Both the position numbers and the translations under genes were made by a program. The notes beneath the pieces are model-generated. The model saw only the letters and a program-made list of their open reading frames with translations, made no database searches and was not told where the DNA came from. Source: Octopus vulgaris (Eukaryota). Taken from it: DNA of 64,000 nt. This document shows, one piece after another, positions 50,413 to 62,387 of the stretch (within the stretch, counting starts at the first letter, position 1; each line of letters starts with the position of its first letter). Location of the stretch: NCBI GenBank assembly GCA_951406725.2, contig OX597815.1:127906001-127970000 (forward strand), written 5' to 3'.

Positions 50413-50851
50413 CGCTAAGGAATGCATAATTATGTAGCTATAACATGTACCGAAAACACGAGGCAAACACATGTGCAAGACAGCTCCATCTTTATACATT
50501 ATGGATTCAAAGTTAGTGCACAAGCATAGTCATAATAGCTCAGCAGTAAATAAATTTAAACTGTGTACTATAGCTACATAGTATAAATTAGGGGTAAAAC
50601 CACTTTTTACCCTCGCCCATTTATTACGCTCAGTAGTGTAATTGCCACTCAATAACTAACAGTTGTGTATTAATAATTGGTTATTCTACCACCATTATAT
50701 TGGATTAGATACTATCCCTTAGTTGGTTGGATTCACGGCACGTAAAAAGCACCATCTGATCGTGGCCGTTTGCCAGACTCGTCTGGCACGTAAAAAGCAC
50801 CCACTACACTCATGGAGTGGTTGGCGTTAGGAAGGGCATCCAGCCATAGAA

Positions 50852-50975
50852 ACATTGCCAGATCAGACTGGGCTTGGTGCAGCCTTCTGGCTTCCCAGAC
50901 CCCAGTTGAACCATCCAACCCATGCTAGCATGGAAAGCAGATGCTAAACGATGATGATATACATACACACACACT

Positions 50976-51010
<35 letters not shown>

Positions 51011-51365
51011 GCATACATATATATATATAAACACACATATACGCACATATATATATACACACATACACACACATATATCTACACATACACATATATATAT
51101 ATATATACACATTGCCAGATCAGACTGGGCTTGGTGCAGCCTTCTGGCTTCCCAGACCCCAGTTGAACCATCCAACCCATGCTAGCATGGAAAGCAGATG
51201 CTAAACGATGATGATATACATACACACACACTCACACACACACATATATATATATATATATACATACATATATATATATATATAAACACACATATACACA
51301 CATATATATATACACACATACACACACATAAATCTACACATACACATATATATATATATACACAC
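50852..51365 (+). repeat. About 257-bp tandem duplication of repeat tail + microsatellite
   Basis: acattgccagatcagactggg...gatgatgatatacatacac is identical at 50852 and 51109. Confidence 0.9.
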
Positions 51366-51466
51366 ACACATATATATATATATATACACACACACATATA
51401 TATAAACACATATATATATATAAACACACATATACATACATATACACACACACATACACATATATA

Positions 51467-52334
51467 CTAGCTGACATACCCGGTAATTCCCAGGAATGTG
51501 GGGCTTATCTCTTGGTTCTGTTCTCATAATTGCTTTGCTAATCCAGTAACAATAATACAAAGTATGTAGCCCTTAAAACAGTTTTTGTGCATTTATTGAG
51601 AATACCAAACTGTCTTACACAGGATCTTGTTTTTTGGAATTTTTGGAATACCCAAATTGTGAAGTCAGTTATATAATAACATGAAATTACCCAATAGTAA
51701 GAATTCAAATAAAGTAGCCCCGAAAAGGGCTTTAAAACATTCCCAGAGTATATAGAACTCAAGAGGAAATACTAATAAAGTATGTATACTAAAATCGTGA
51801 AGCATGTTATGTAATAACAGGCAAATCAGATATGAGATAATAACAATTCAAAATAAATGACTCTGAAAAAAGCTTTTGTGCGTTCAGAGAATATTACCCT
51901 CAGCGGCGCTAGTGTTGGATTTATTGTTTAGGAAAACACTATTTACTTGCTTAAGCATTGTACTGGATAAATTGCAAAAATAACTCAAATAGTTCAAATA
52001 CTAAGAAATAAGCATACTCAATTCGATTTATACGAAATAATTTATGAACATGAATGTGTTATTTCTCTTGCTTATATATAAGGGTCCCTTTCAGAAGCAA
52101 ATGGGTTATTTCCCTTGGATATTTAAAGATATATTAGTTATATGTAGTAGATATAAGAATCCCTTCCAGGGTCCCTATTATCGATTTTTTTTCAACAATC
52201 TAAGTATGTCACTAGTTTTCCAGATATGATTTCTATTCAGGTGTCAAGTTTCATCAAAATTGATAAAATGATGTAGGAGTTAGATAACAATGCCACAAAC
52301 AAACACACCCACAGATTTCCACATATGTAGTAGA
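51467..52334 (-). mobile_element. Non-autonomous Helitron (second family)
   Basis: Minus strand a/TCTACTAC...CCTGGGAATTACCGGG hairpin, TATGTCAG-CTAG/t; inserted at AT next to a (CA/TA) microsatellite. Confidence 0.75.
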
Positions 52335-54689
52335 TAAATGTGACACTTCAAAGATTGGTAGAATATTTTCTAAAATATTTTCTAAATACCTTTTCTTTCA
52401 TTGATCAATTCACTTCTTTTCCTTTACACTTCAAATAAGACAAAGTACCAGCAATATACTGAGTTGATTTAAGTCACTGCAATATTCCTCTAAATAAATT
52501 GGTTATGTCTCTTTACTCTAGTTTTACATTGTTGGGTGGTTTATGAAGGTAGTATTCTCAGACTATATGTCAAATATAGAACTTGTATTTGATATGAAAA
52601 TACACATCAAATATCTTTCGGTCAGTTTAAATGCAAACAATTCTATATGAGTTCATAATTAACATATCGTCTCTATCCACCTACAGTTATTTCGCTTCTA
52701 GATCAGTTATACACTTGGTTGAAAACAAGTGACTATATCTCTTCTTTTACAAAAGTTGGCTTTATATTTTGTCCAAAGAAAATGTTTGTTTCTTTTTATG
52801 CTGCATCAGATTGATATAGATTTGTGGCTGAGAAACTACAGTTAATTCTACTTCAGAAAATTTATGCCATGGAGCTAGACATCCAAATTGATATTCTAAT
52901 TGTATCAATCTCATTTCTACTGGACATGACTGTTCTACAAAAAAGGGTTTTAAAACTTGCCTTTTGAATTCTAAAGAGAACAAGGGAGTATAATAAAAGG
53001 CAATTCCCTGCTACATTGAAAATAGCAACAATTATGAAGACATGCTTATTCATTGACTTGAGTATGGAAGCAGATTTTTTTAAAGTAGTTTAAAAGGTAA
53101 CTAACATTCTACAATGTTTAATCTATTTTAACTAATTACATAAAACTTTTTGGTGTAATGATTCATGCATATAAAGAAAAATATCACTCACTTATTGGGA
53201 GGATTTTACTTGACTATTTGACACAGAAGTAAAGAGGTACATAAGCAAATATACCAATTGTGATGTTAGTCAATAACTTATTTTGTTCATGATAAAGCAG
53301 TTGGATGTGAGAAAAAGAAAGTTATGTGAATTTTCAGGATGGAAAAAAAAATGTCATTTTATTATTAAAAAGGAATGCTTATTATAATGATAGGAGTGGT
53401 CAAATCATTGGAGCTTTGAACAAATTGCTTTGTAATATTTGTTCTGACTCCTTTGGTTCTGAGTTCAAATGCCACTGAGGTCAACTTTGCCTGTCATCTT
53501 TTAGGGCTGAAAAAAAATTGATTGAGCACTGTAAACATCCCATCTTTTTATTGGTATCAAGGATTACATTATCTATTGTGTTCTTGCCTTGTTTTGGTAT
53601 GGTGAGGTTTGTGGGATTATTATAGCAAATCAAGCAGCCAAATAAAGGTTTCAATATGTAACTTGTGACTGTTGAGAAAGAAGTTCCAAAGAAAGTAATA
53701 AGAATGAGAAAAAATACATCTGCATACTAAATAAAATATAGTACAGTCACATGTATGTAATACTGTAAGCTGCAAAACACTGATTAACTGGGAATATACA
53801 AGCAGTTAGTAAACACCCTCTATGGATGTTTCAACCCAAAAAAAGAAGGAGATAATCTCCATAAGTTCATCTGATTCAAATGTTTGAACAATGATTATAT
53901 AGCAGTATATCATTATTATCATCATCATTTTAACGTCCACTTTTTCAAGTATGCATTGGTCAGATGGAATTTGTTGAGGGAGATTTTCTACAGCTGGTTA
54001 TCTTTCTGTTGCCAACTCTTGCTTGATTTCAAGTAAGGTAACATTACCCCTTTTGCTGCACATGCTTTCACAGAAGATTGGAAACAAAGGACACTACTTA
54101 TATGATGGTCCTCGTTTACAACTACCATGTAACATAAAGGCAAGGAGACACCAACGCATACACACACATATACACAACAAACTTCTTCCATTTTCTATCA
54201 ATCACATCCACTCACAAGGCTCTGATCAACCAAGGGCTATAGTAGAAGACACTCGTCTTCTACTATGAAATTATGTGGATGGGAAGCAAGCTTCTTAACC
54301 ACACAGCCACACCTACACCTAATGACATCTGTAACCAAAAACACCTCCCCTTATATCACTCCTCCAACTAAGTTAAACTAGAGATCTTGCTTAGTAATAA
54401 TTTCAAATACAAAGTAGAACCTCATCAACTCACCTAAACAAGGAACTGAACCAGGGTTAAAGTTCCTTTAGTCTAATGCTCTCCCAACTAAGCCATTTTA
54501 GCTATACGCAAATAGCCTTATAATTTATAGTAATATTCACTGTCATTAAAATGAGGCTATTTAGAAAAGTATACCAAACTATACCAAAGCTCTGGAAAAT
54601 TGAACATGCCAATGGATTAAAGAGACATATAGACAACAAAAAGTGAAAGAACAGACTGGAACTGTGAGGATATAACACCTCTGACACCC

Positions 54690-56830
54690 TCTATGCAGAC
54701 CATCAGATTGTAACTTGACTCTCCAACTGAGTCTTAGAACAAACAGACAAAAGAAAATCCTGATTATTTATAACTGGTCAACTCTGCTACAGGATGCTAA
54801 CTTGGCTAACAGATACCACATTAAAGCAGAATCCATTTTGATGCTCTCTGTACTCAAGAGCATCTGCAATCAGAGGGATCAAATACCAATCTCTACAAAG
54901 CTCTTTGTGATGCACACAAACACTTGACAGAGATGTATGTGCCCAAGAAGACCAGGATGAGGAAAAGGGACCCGTGGGAGGACATAGATGTCATGAATCA
55001 GAGAGAAAGAGGGATAAATGGCAGCAAAGGTAAAGAGAGCCAATGCCACTCCCCAAAACAGAGACATCTTTGAACAGGCTATCAGAAAGCTAAATGAAAT
55101 GCACAACAAAAACATAGTTCGATATGTAGAAGGAATCGCTGGGATCAACACAGCTGTCGACAAGAAATGTGCTGAAGTGTGGAAGATTTGTAATGAAGTC
55201 ACCAGCCAGAAGTATACAAACAGATTTACTCTAAAGGCTTAATCTCCTACGGAACGTCTGAACCTCTGTAAAGTCCATTTTGAAAAGCTCCTTGCTTCCA
55301 CAGATAGTCAAACAACTGACAGTACATTTCAAACTAAGAATATCATTGAAAGAGAATTTCCCATAAATACTAAAGATTTCACAATTTTCAAACTGGATAG
55401 ATATCTGAAGGAATTGATTAATAATAAAGCAACTGGACCAGATAGGATTCCTGGCAAAATGTGGAAGAACATCTCAAAGTATACAAGACTTTAAATGGTG
55501 ACACACCAGAGGTATGGTCCAGATGTGATATTGTTCTCATCCCCAAGAAAGGAAATCTGACACTGCTGGAAGACTACAGAGGAATTAGTCTTATCCAATA
55601 GCAGCAAAGATTCATAACAAGATGCTGCTGAAGAGAGTGAGAACATACTTCAGTCCATTACATCAAAACGACCAGAACAGATTTAGAGAAGGATGCTACA
55701 TTATTTCCCACATCTTCACTCTGCGAAGAATCACTGAAATGTTAAGTCTAAGAACATCCTTGATGTTTTGACATTCATGAACTTCAAGAAAGCATTCAAC
55801 CCAGTCAGCAGAAAGATAATTAAGATCTTCAGTGTGTATGGAATCCCTGAAAAGATTGTGAGAGCCATCAGCATCATGTACTCCAAAGCCTTTGCAAAAG
55901 TCTTATCTTCTAATGTGAAAACTGACATCTTTGAAATCAAGGCAGGAGTACTACAGGAATATACGCTAGCTTCATATCTCTTTATCAGTGTGGTGGACTA
56001 TGTGATGAGATGCATCCTAAAAGATCACCAACATCTCAGTTTCACTCTGCAGAGAGTAACTGAAATAAACCAGAGAAGTGTATCACTGACACAGATGATG
56101 CAGATGATTTATGCTTGATGTCTGAATCCATGTTTGATGCTCAGGCATTCCTGGCATGAATTGGAAGAGCAGCTCAGGAGTAGGGACTGCACACAAACAC
56201 TAACAAGACTGAGGTGATGATGTTCAATGCCTCTGGAACTCTCAAATCACTCATTGGAGATGACATAAGACAAGTTGAAGACTTCAGATACCTCAGTGCA
56301 TGGTTATCCTCATCAGAGAAAGATCTTGAGACAAAAAAGGCCCAAGCCTGGAATGCCATCAGTAAACTAGACATGATTTGATAGTCATCACTCCTGAGAA
56401 GACAAAAAATTTATGTTCTTCAAAGCAATAGTAGAAAGTGTGCTACTTTACAGGTCTAAAACTTAGACCCTGACAAAAACATTATAGGAACGACTAGATG
56501 GGTGCTACACCTGCTTACTCCAACAAGCATTGAATATCAAATGGTAACAGTGGGTGACCAATAAAGACCTCTACAGAAACTTTCCCCAATATCAGAGCCA
56601 GCAGACACCATTTTGTTGGGCACTGCTACCAGGCCATGAACAAATGCACAAATGCATCAAGAATGTGTTACTCTGAGAACCAATAGGAGCAGAGATCAAC
56701 CAGCTACCACATATGTTGACAGACTAATGATTCACAGCAGCCTATCAGTGCCCAAGTTGAAGTCAGCGATGGAGAGCAGTGACTATTGGAGGAACATCTG
56801 TGCGGATTGAGGCAACCCAATCTAGAAGAA
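54690..56830 (+). mobile_element. Decayed RTE-like LINE (different family)
   Basis: NNKATGPDRIP, IPKKGNL, DYRGISL, FMNFKKAF, AGVLQEYTLASYLF, DDADDLCL, QVEDFRYL remnants. Confidence 0.85.
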
Positions 56831-57489
56831 GAGATACCAAACAAAATATATCAAATGATGAGGTGAGAAAAAAACTCATTACAAGTAATTCAAAATATAA
56901 ATAGGCTAGTTTGTTTTTATACAAGTTTATATCTTTTACATATTTTAGTTTTGTCTGAAATATTTTTACATAAATAATAGAACAGGCATATGGTAAGTAT
57001 GGCAAACAGACATCTTAGCACAAAGCACATTCATAAGCACACTAGTTGTCACTCAGCCTGCTTAATGTAACAGCCCAAACTCACACAAACCACAACCATC
57101 AATAAAGGCAATACTAAAAATATAAAGAGCAAGTTTGTTCCAACTAGAATGCCTTTTATGGTGGTTTTTCAACTAAGGCTGATTTTGGATTACACAACAT
57201 AAAAGTTTATTTCGTGTCAGATTTAGCAACCAGATTTCCCTTAAATCACAATCTACTGTTTTGAATTAGGAATGGATACAGTGAAAACTAAAAATAGGAC
57301 TTCATTTTCTGGGATATACTTGCCTAATTTAAACTGGTGAATGTATGCATAAGTGTACACACTCATTCATACAGATTAAAGTGAATGTGGTCTTTAAACC
57401 CATCTGACGAAAACAATGGGCATGTTTCGGTCTGATTAGCTCTCTTCAGCAAAGCAGGTTGTCCCAGTCGGTAAGATAATCAGTGTTTG

Positions 57490-57529
<40 letters not shown>

Positions 57530-59105
57530 TGCGCGCGAGCATATGTGTGTGCGTGTGTGCGCGCGCGCAAGGAGAGAGGAATAAAGGAATAGGTGATTAT
57601 GTATGTCAAATTTTCCTGCGAAGAGAAACATATGAACATATCTATTTCTTCTTTTTTTTTTTTTTTTTCACTTCACTATAGTTACACTCTGTATGTCTTT
57701 CAATATCTGAAACAACAACCTGTCGTTTAAAAGTAATCCTCAGAATGTTCATTAGTATAAACAATAAGTCTTAATGTAAAATAACGCTTTTACTTTGTTT
57801 GGCGTCGAACTACAAGAAATATGAATAGAAATATCACACACACGTACACATAAACACAAAAGGTTTCTGAAACAGAATAGAACAAAAGGTCACGAATGAA
57901 ACCGGTTTCTTATCTTTTGTGTGAAAGAGTATAGCATTAGTTCTGTTTCCTTAGCAACATGTTTTCGTTCGAGTACTTTACTATGCAGCCGCGAGACGAC
58001 AGGTGACACGATATAAAGACAAACAATAATGCGACCGGCGTAAATACACAAACAACACATACGCACGAACACACAATTAGACAAGCATGCATATACACAC
58101 ATCCCTGAAGGGGAAGGTACGACTTTTATAAGAGAAACAACCTTGATAAGCAATAAGGTTAGATAGACAGTAAGAAAGACGGGCAGTAAGCAACAGGTGT
58201 TGTTCTTTTCTAGTCTTTCTTCAATTAGTTTATAATAAGGAATGTAACAGAAAACCGTTTTTCTTTTCCTCTTAGGATATGACGTAGGTAGCAGATAGAG
58301 TTTTGTAAGGAAACAAAGAAATTGATATAAATTCCGAGATTAAACCCTTTCCCCATCACTTCATTGTTATCTAGTTAGTTCATTTATAAATATATTTCTA
58401 TTTTATAATACTAATAGTTATCAAGTTAAATGTAGATTTTTTAAACCATTAATGTTAAAAATAAAATAAATTCACATTTAAAAAGATCTATTACATCTTC
58501 ATTTCCAGAACTATCTGTGACTCCTGATGGAGGAAATATACTGGAGGAATGATGGTGTGGTTGCCCAAGTTGATATGGTGTCTAAAAGGTTTTCGGAGTA
58601 TGAATGGGATAGTAAGATGTTCATACTTTTCTTCCTCGCGTCAATTTGTGAAGAATATGCGGTAACCAAGAGACAGGGCCATCTTAACAACTTTATAAGC
58701 CTCCGAACATTCTGTTCGTGGACTTATAATCGCTTTTGGCGAAGTTTCGCATGCCTCGCTTTTAATAAATAAATGTAGAGGCCAGGGACGTCCTACATTC
58801 ATTTTTCTGAAAGTAAGCCACAACATACATATGTTAGCATTGGGCCCAGAGTAGTGAACCTATGTCTTTAGAAGGCATTGAGCAGGAATCGAAACCAAGT
58901 ACACACGGCTCCAAATAAGGCTAACTCCCACATTTTTCTTTCCCTCATTTTTTATTTTTATTTTCCATTCCCTTTTGTTTATACACATTCATGAACATGG
59001 AAGTATTTTCATCAGACGTGAGAGGTGATGAAATGAGAAAGAAATGTTGATGGATTCTGCATTTTGGCTGGAAATCGGTTCGGCATGTATTAAATATTGT
59101 TTATG

Positions 59106-59311
59106 CGTTAATCCCTCGCCCTACGCGGTTTATTATTTAAGCGTATGTCGATTCCTCCGTGGTGTTGCTTTACATTTATTGTAAAATAAATATATACAAA
59201 TTATAAAAATAATTTTAAACATATACAGTACAGTACGGTTTCTACTTCGCGGATTTTCACCCCTCGCGGGGGGTTTGGAACGTAATACCCACGATAGTCG
59301 AGGGATTACTG
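59106..59311. mobile_element. Tigger/pogo-like MITE
   Basis: TAATCCCTCG (59109) and CGAGGGATTACTG (59299-59311) inverted termini of CAGT type. Confidence 0.6.
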
Positions 59312-59713
59312 TGTGTGTGTACACGCACACATGTTGTTTCCATAGTAATTGTGATTGGAAAAGACTGAGCATATGTTAACAACAGAAATTCATGTTTATC
59401 AAACCATTTGTTATTTTTTGCAGTTAAGCTTTAAATACCAAACAAATCTAAAAGTGATAATTTCATGCAACGTTGTTGAATAGAAAAATTGTTGAAAAAA
59501 GTTAGTGATCGCCCCAAATTTTGTTTTCTTTCAAATGTTTATTTAGCTGCTAAAAATGCAAACCTTCAATCATTCAGTTATATAAAAGTCCCTTTTCAGA
59601 CGCACCGTGTATTAAGTTTAGTGACAACGTTTAAGAAATTAATAGTCTCGCCTTAATATTACGCAAAACAACTTTTCTCTCTTCACTGAGAATATTAAAG
59701 GTCTTGTACTTAC

Positions 59714-59800
59714 CTGTTTGGCAGCTTTACACAGAAAAACTTGAAAGAATGTTAATTTAGTTTCATTGAGTATCCGCATTATTATCTCACATAAAAGGTG
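59714..59800 (-). other. Candidate upstream 5'-UTR exon of the cadherin gene (5' boundary unknown)
   Basis: Consensus donor CAG/gtaagt at 59714/59713 in non-repeat sequence near a relatively CpG-richer zone. The ATG exon begins with a splice acceptor, so an upstream exon is expected, but this assignment is inference. Confidence 0.35.
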
Positions 59801-60147
59801 TAGTTGATGCTTAACCCCGAAGTCAGCTCCCAAGTAGACTCAGTAACAAAAACATAACAGTTTTGAACAGGAGAAATTCATTATCCAATAAGCCCTTAGT
59901 ATTTTTAAGACGACAGAAGATAATATGAAGATTTGACTAATACCCCTAACAAATCAAATGACTAAGTAAAGACTTCTTAGTATAATAATATATTATAATG
60001 CCTGGTATCTAATGTGAGAGCAGTTGGGGAAACATTTATGTGATTGATCAATGAAAAGTTGCTATTTACAAGTTCTGACTGACAGATTCTTCGTATCTTC
60101 CAGGTGAAGTGAAAAAGTCGTTGTTCGAATAACTTCGTAAAATATCA

Positions 60148-60196
<49 letters not shown>

Positions 60197-60224
60197 GGGT
60201 TTATACATGAATATTTATTACATG

Positions 60225-60756
60225 CTAGCAGTATCGCCCGGCGTTGCTCGGGTTTGTAAGGGAAATAACTATATAAGCATTTTTAGAGAGTTATAGCAAA
60301 AAAAATGCATTAAAAATGGAATAAAAAATGATGGTAATTTTTTTTTAAATCGTTGACTCAGTGTCTTCAAGCCATGAAGTCGTTGTTCTAAAAGAATGCT
60401 GGTCTCCTTGACAACGCATTACGACGTTGATTTCTTTACACTCCCTTCCCCACAGCTTCACGAGGGAGGGAAGAAGGGGGAGAAGCAAACAGGTGCAGGT
60501 GTGACCATGGACGCCAATTCCACCGCCATCGACACACGAAAAATTATGCATTAAAATGGAATAAAAAATTATGTTAAATTATTTTTAAAATCGTAGACTC
60601 ATCGTAGACGCGCGCTAATACTCAGACGGGCTCGATATGAATCACAACTATAAGATACCCGAATTTGGTTAAACTGCACCGCAAAATGTGGGAGGAGTTA
60701 GGAATCTAAATCGTAGGAGACAGACACTCACACAACTACAGTTTTATATATATAGA
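60225..60756 (-). mobile_element. Non-autonomous Helitron sharing the 3' terminus of the 41-48 kb element
   Basis: Minus strand starts a/TCTATATATAAAAC and ends CCCGAGCAACGCCGGGCGATACTGCTAG, versus CCCGAGCAACGCCGGGCAATTCTGCTAG in the autonomous copy. The flanking base is C rather than T. Confidence 0.88.
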
Positions 60757-61284
60757 TTAATAAATATATGTATGTATGTAAATATATATACAGGTATATA
60801 CATACACACATATATACATATATATATTCTTATATTCTTTTACTTGTTTGTCATTTGACTGTGGCCATGTTGGAGCATCGCCTTAAAGCGTTTTAGTCGA
60901 AGAACTTGACCCCAGGACTTATTCTCTGTAAGCCTAGTTCTTATTCCATCGGCTGCTTTGTCGAACCGGTAAGTTATGGGGATAAACACACCACATCGAT
61001 TGTCAAATGATGGCGGAGGGACAAAACACGCACACACACACATACATATGTAATTAGAGGTTATAATAGCCTCATTAAGGGATAAAAATATCCAATGAAT
61101 TACATGTTCATTGCCTATTATTTTTTTTAGAATAGTAATATTTTAATTTGAATATTTGTATATATACGATAGGCGTCATTCACTTTCCGTCTACAAAAAT
61201 CTTGGTTAATAAATATTCAAATTAAAATTCAGAAAATGGAGATGTAGCATTAATATAATTCATTAACTGCAAAAATCCAGCATA

Positions 61285-61367
61285 TTCTCTTACAGCTGTT
61301 TCAATTTTGCCCAAAAATTAAATTCCAATGATTAAATCATTTATTAGGCAAAATCTCATCAGAGGAG
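61285..61367 (-). ncRNA. Type-I hammerhead ribozyme (Penelope-type), copy A
   Basis: Minus strand reads CTCCT-CTGATGA-GATTTTGCCTAA...TTGGGCAAAATT-GAAA-CAGCTG-TA-AGAGAA; long stem II, palindromic stem III ACAGCTGT, short/bulged stem I. Confidence 0.78.
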
Positions 61368-62275
61368 TAGAAAAATATATCATTAGCAGTAGCAGCTTGG
61401 TTAATAGATAAATTAGTAGGGGTTCTGCTTCAGAAAATTTTTAGCTGTTGTTTTAATATTGTATAAAAGGAAATAAACATAAAAATTTATACATAAACTT
61501 GATCAGTTCACATTTTAGCCACTGCCAGTCAGTGTGTTTAATCTGTTCGCTGAACACTGCTGCAGATTACCCCTTGTTTTTCAAAAATTCCCACTAAATC
61601 ACAAAATAAGGGGGCGAAATCTGCCCTATTTTTCAAATCCTAGCAGCAACACTGCAACTGGAAGCAGGATAATAATCTAATTCTGCACTTTACCACATTC
61701 AAGAATATAAACACATTTTTAAGAAGAGTCAAAAAAGAAACACTACCTTTCACCAGCATACAAGGGTCAGCACTGTGCTCTCTCTCCCTAGCATGCAGCT
61801 TCCTATCTCGGACATGTGAGCATGTGCACAACAGCCAAACACTGCATCACTGGAACTGTGAAGCACAGTTCTATACAAGGATTTTTGTATTTTTTTTTCA
61901 TTAACTAGGGGATGGCTACTGACATTAAGCTTAAGAATTATAAAATGTACAAGTATAAAGAAAGAATTAAAGAAAAAAGGACTCACTATATAGAATGTTA
62001 TTCATAATATTGAGTGGAAATAGGGGGTGCAGCAGTTCCGCAGTGCCTATACATGAGTCGCCACTGACTGTTAGGTTATTAGGTGTTGTTTCCAAATCAT
62101 CTCAACAGACTGAATATTATTTAGTTACTAATGTTGGTATGAACCTGGACCAGAGGGTAATAGGTTGTATAAACCTGGCCCAGGTTTATACCAAAATTAG
62201 CAATTAAATGATATTCAGTCTGTTGAGATGATTTAGAAACATAACATCTGATAACCTAATGTTATGTCTTTTCTA

Positions 62276-62359
62276 CTCCTCTGATGAGATTTTGCCCAGT
62301 ACATTGATTTAATTATTAGAATTTAATCTTTGGGCAAAACTGAAACAGCTGTAAGAGAA
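62276..62359 (+). ncRNA. Type-I hammerhead ribozyme (Penelope-type), copy B
   Basis: CTCCT-CTGATGA(62281-7)-GATTTTGCCCA...TGGGCAAAACT-GAAA(62342-5)-CAGCTG-TA-AGAGAA, followed by AATAAA at about 62380. Confidence 0.75.
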
Positions 62360-62387
62360 TATGTTGGATTTTTGCACTTAATAAATT

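Noticed and set aside
50925-51560. Many ORFs rich in YI/HT/CV
   Set aside because: Translations of (CA)/(TA) microsatellites; the same applies at 41733-42096, 57436-57681, 13559-13907 and 3826-4050.
52762-53053. Minus-strand ORFs and a possible 10-nt GC-donor exon
   Set aside because: No recognisable domain and not needed for the gene model; no support beyond short splice-like motifs.
57400-58270. CTGACGA / CTGAAGG and GAAAC motifs in a CpG-richer zone
   Set aside because: Could not fold into a complete hammerhead; a promoter role is possible but unsupported.
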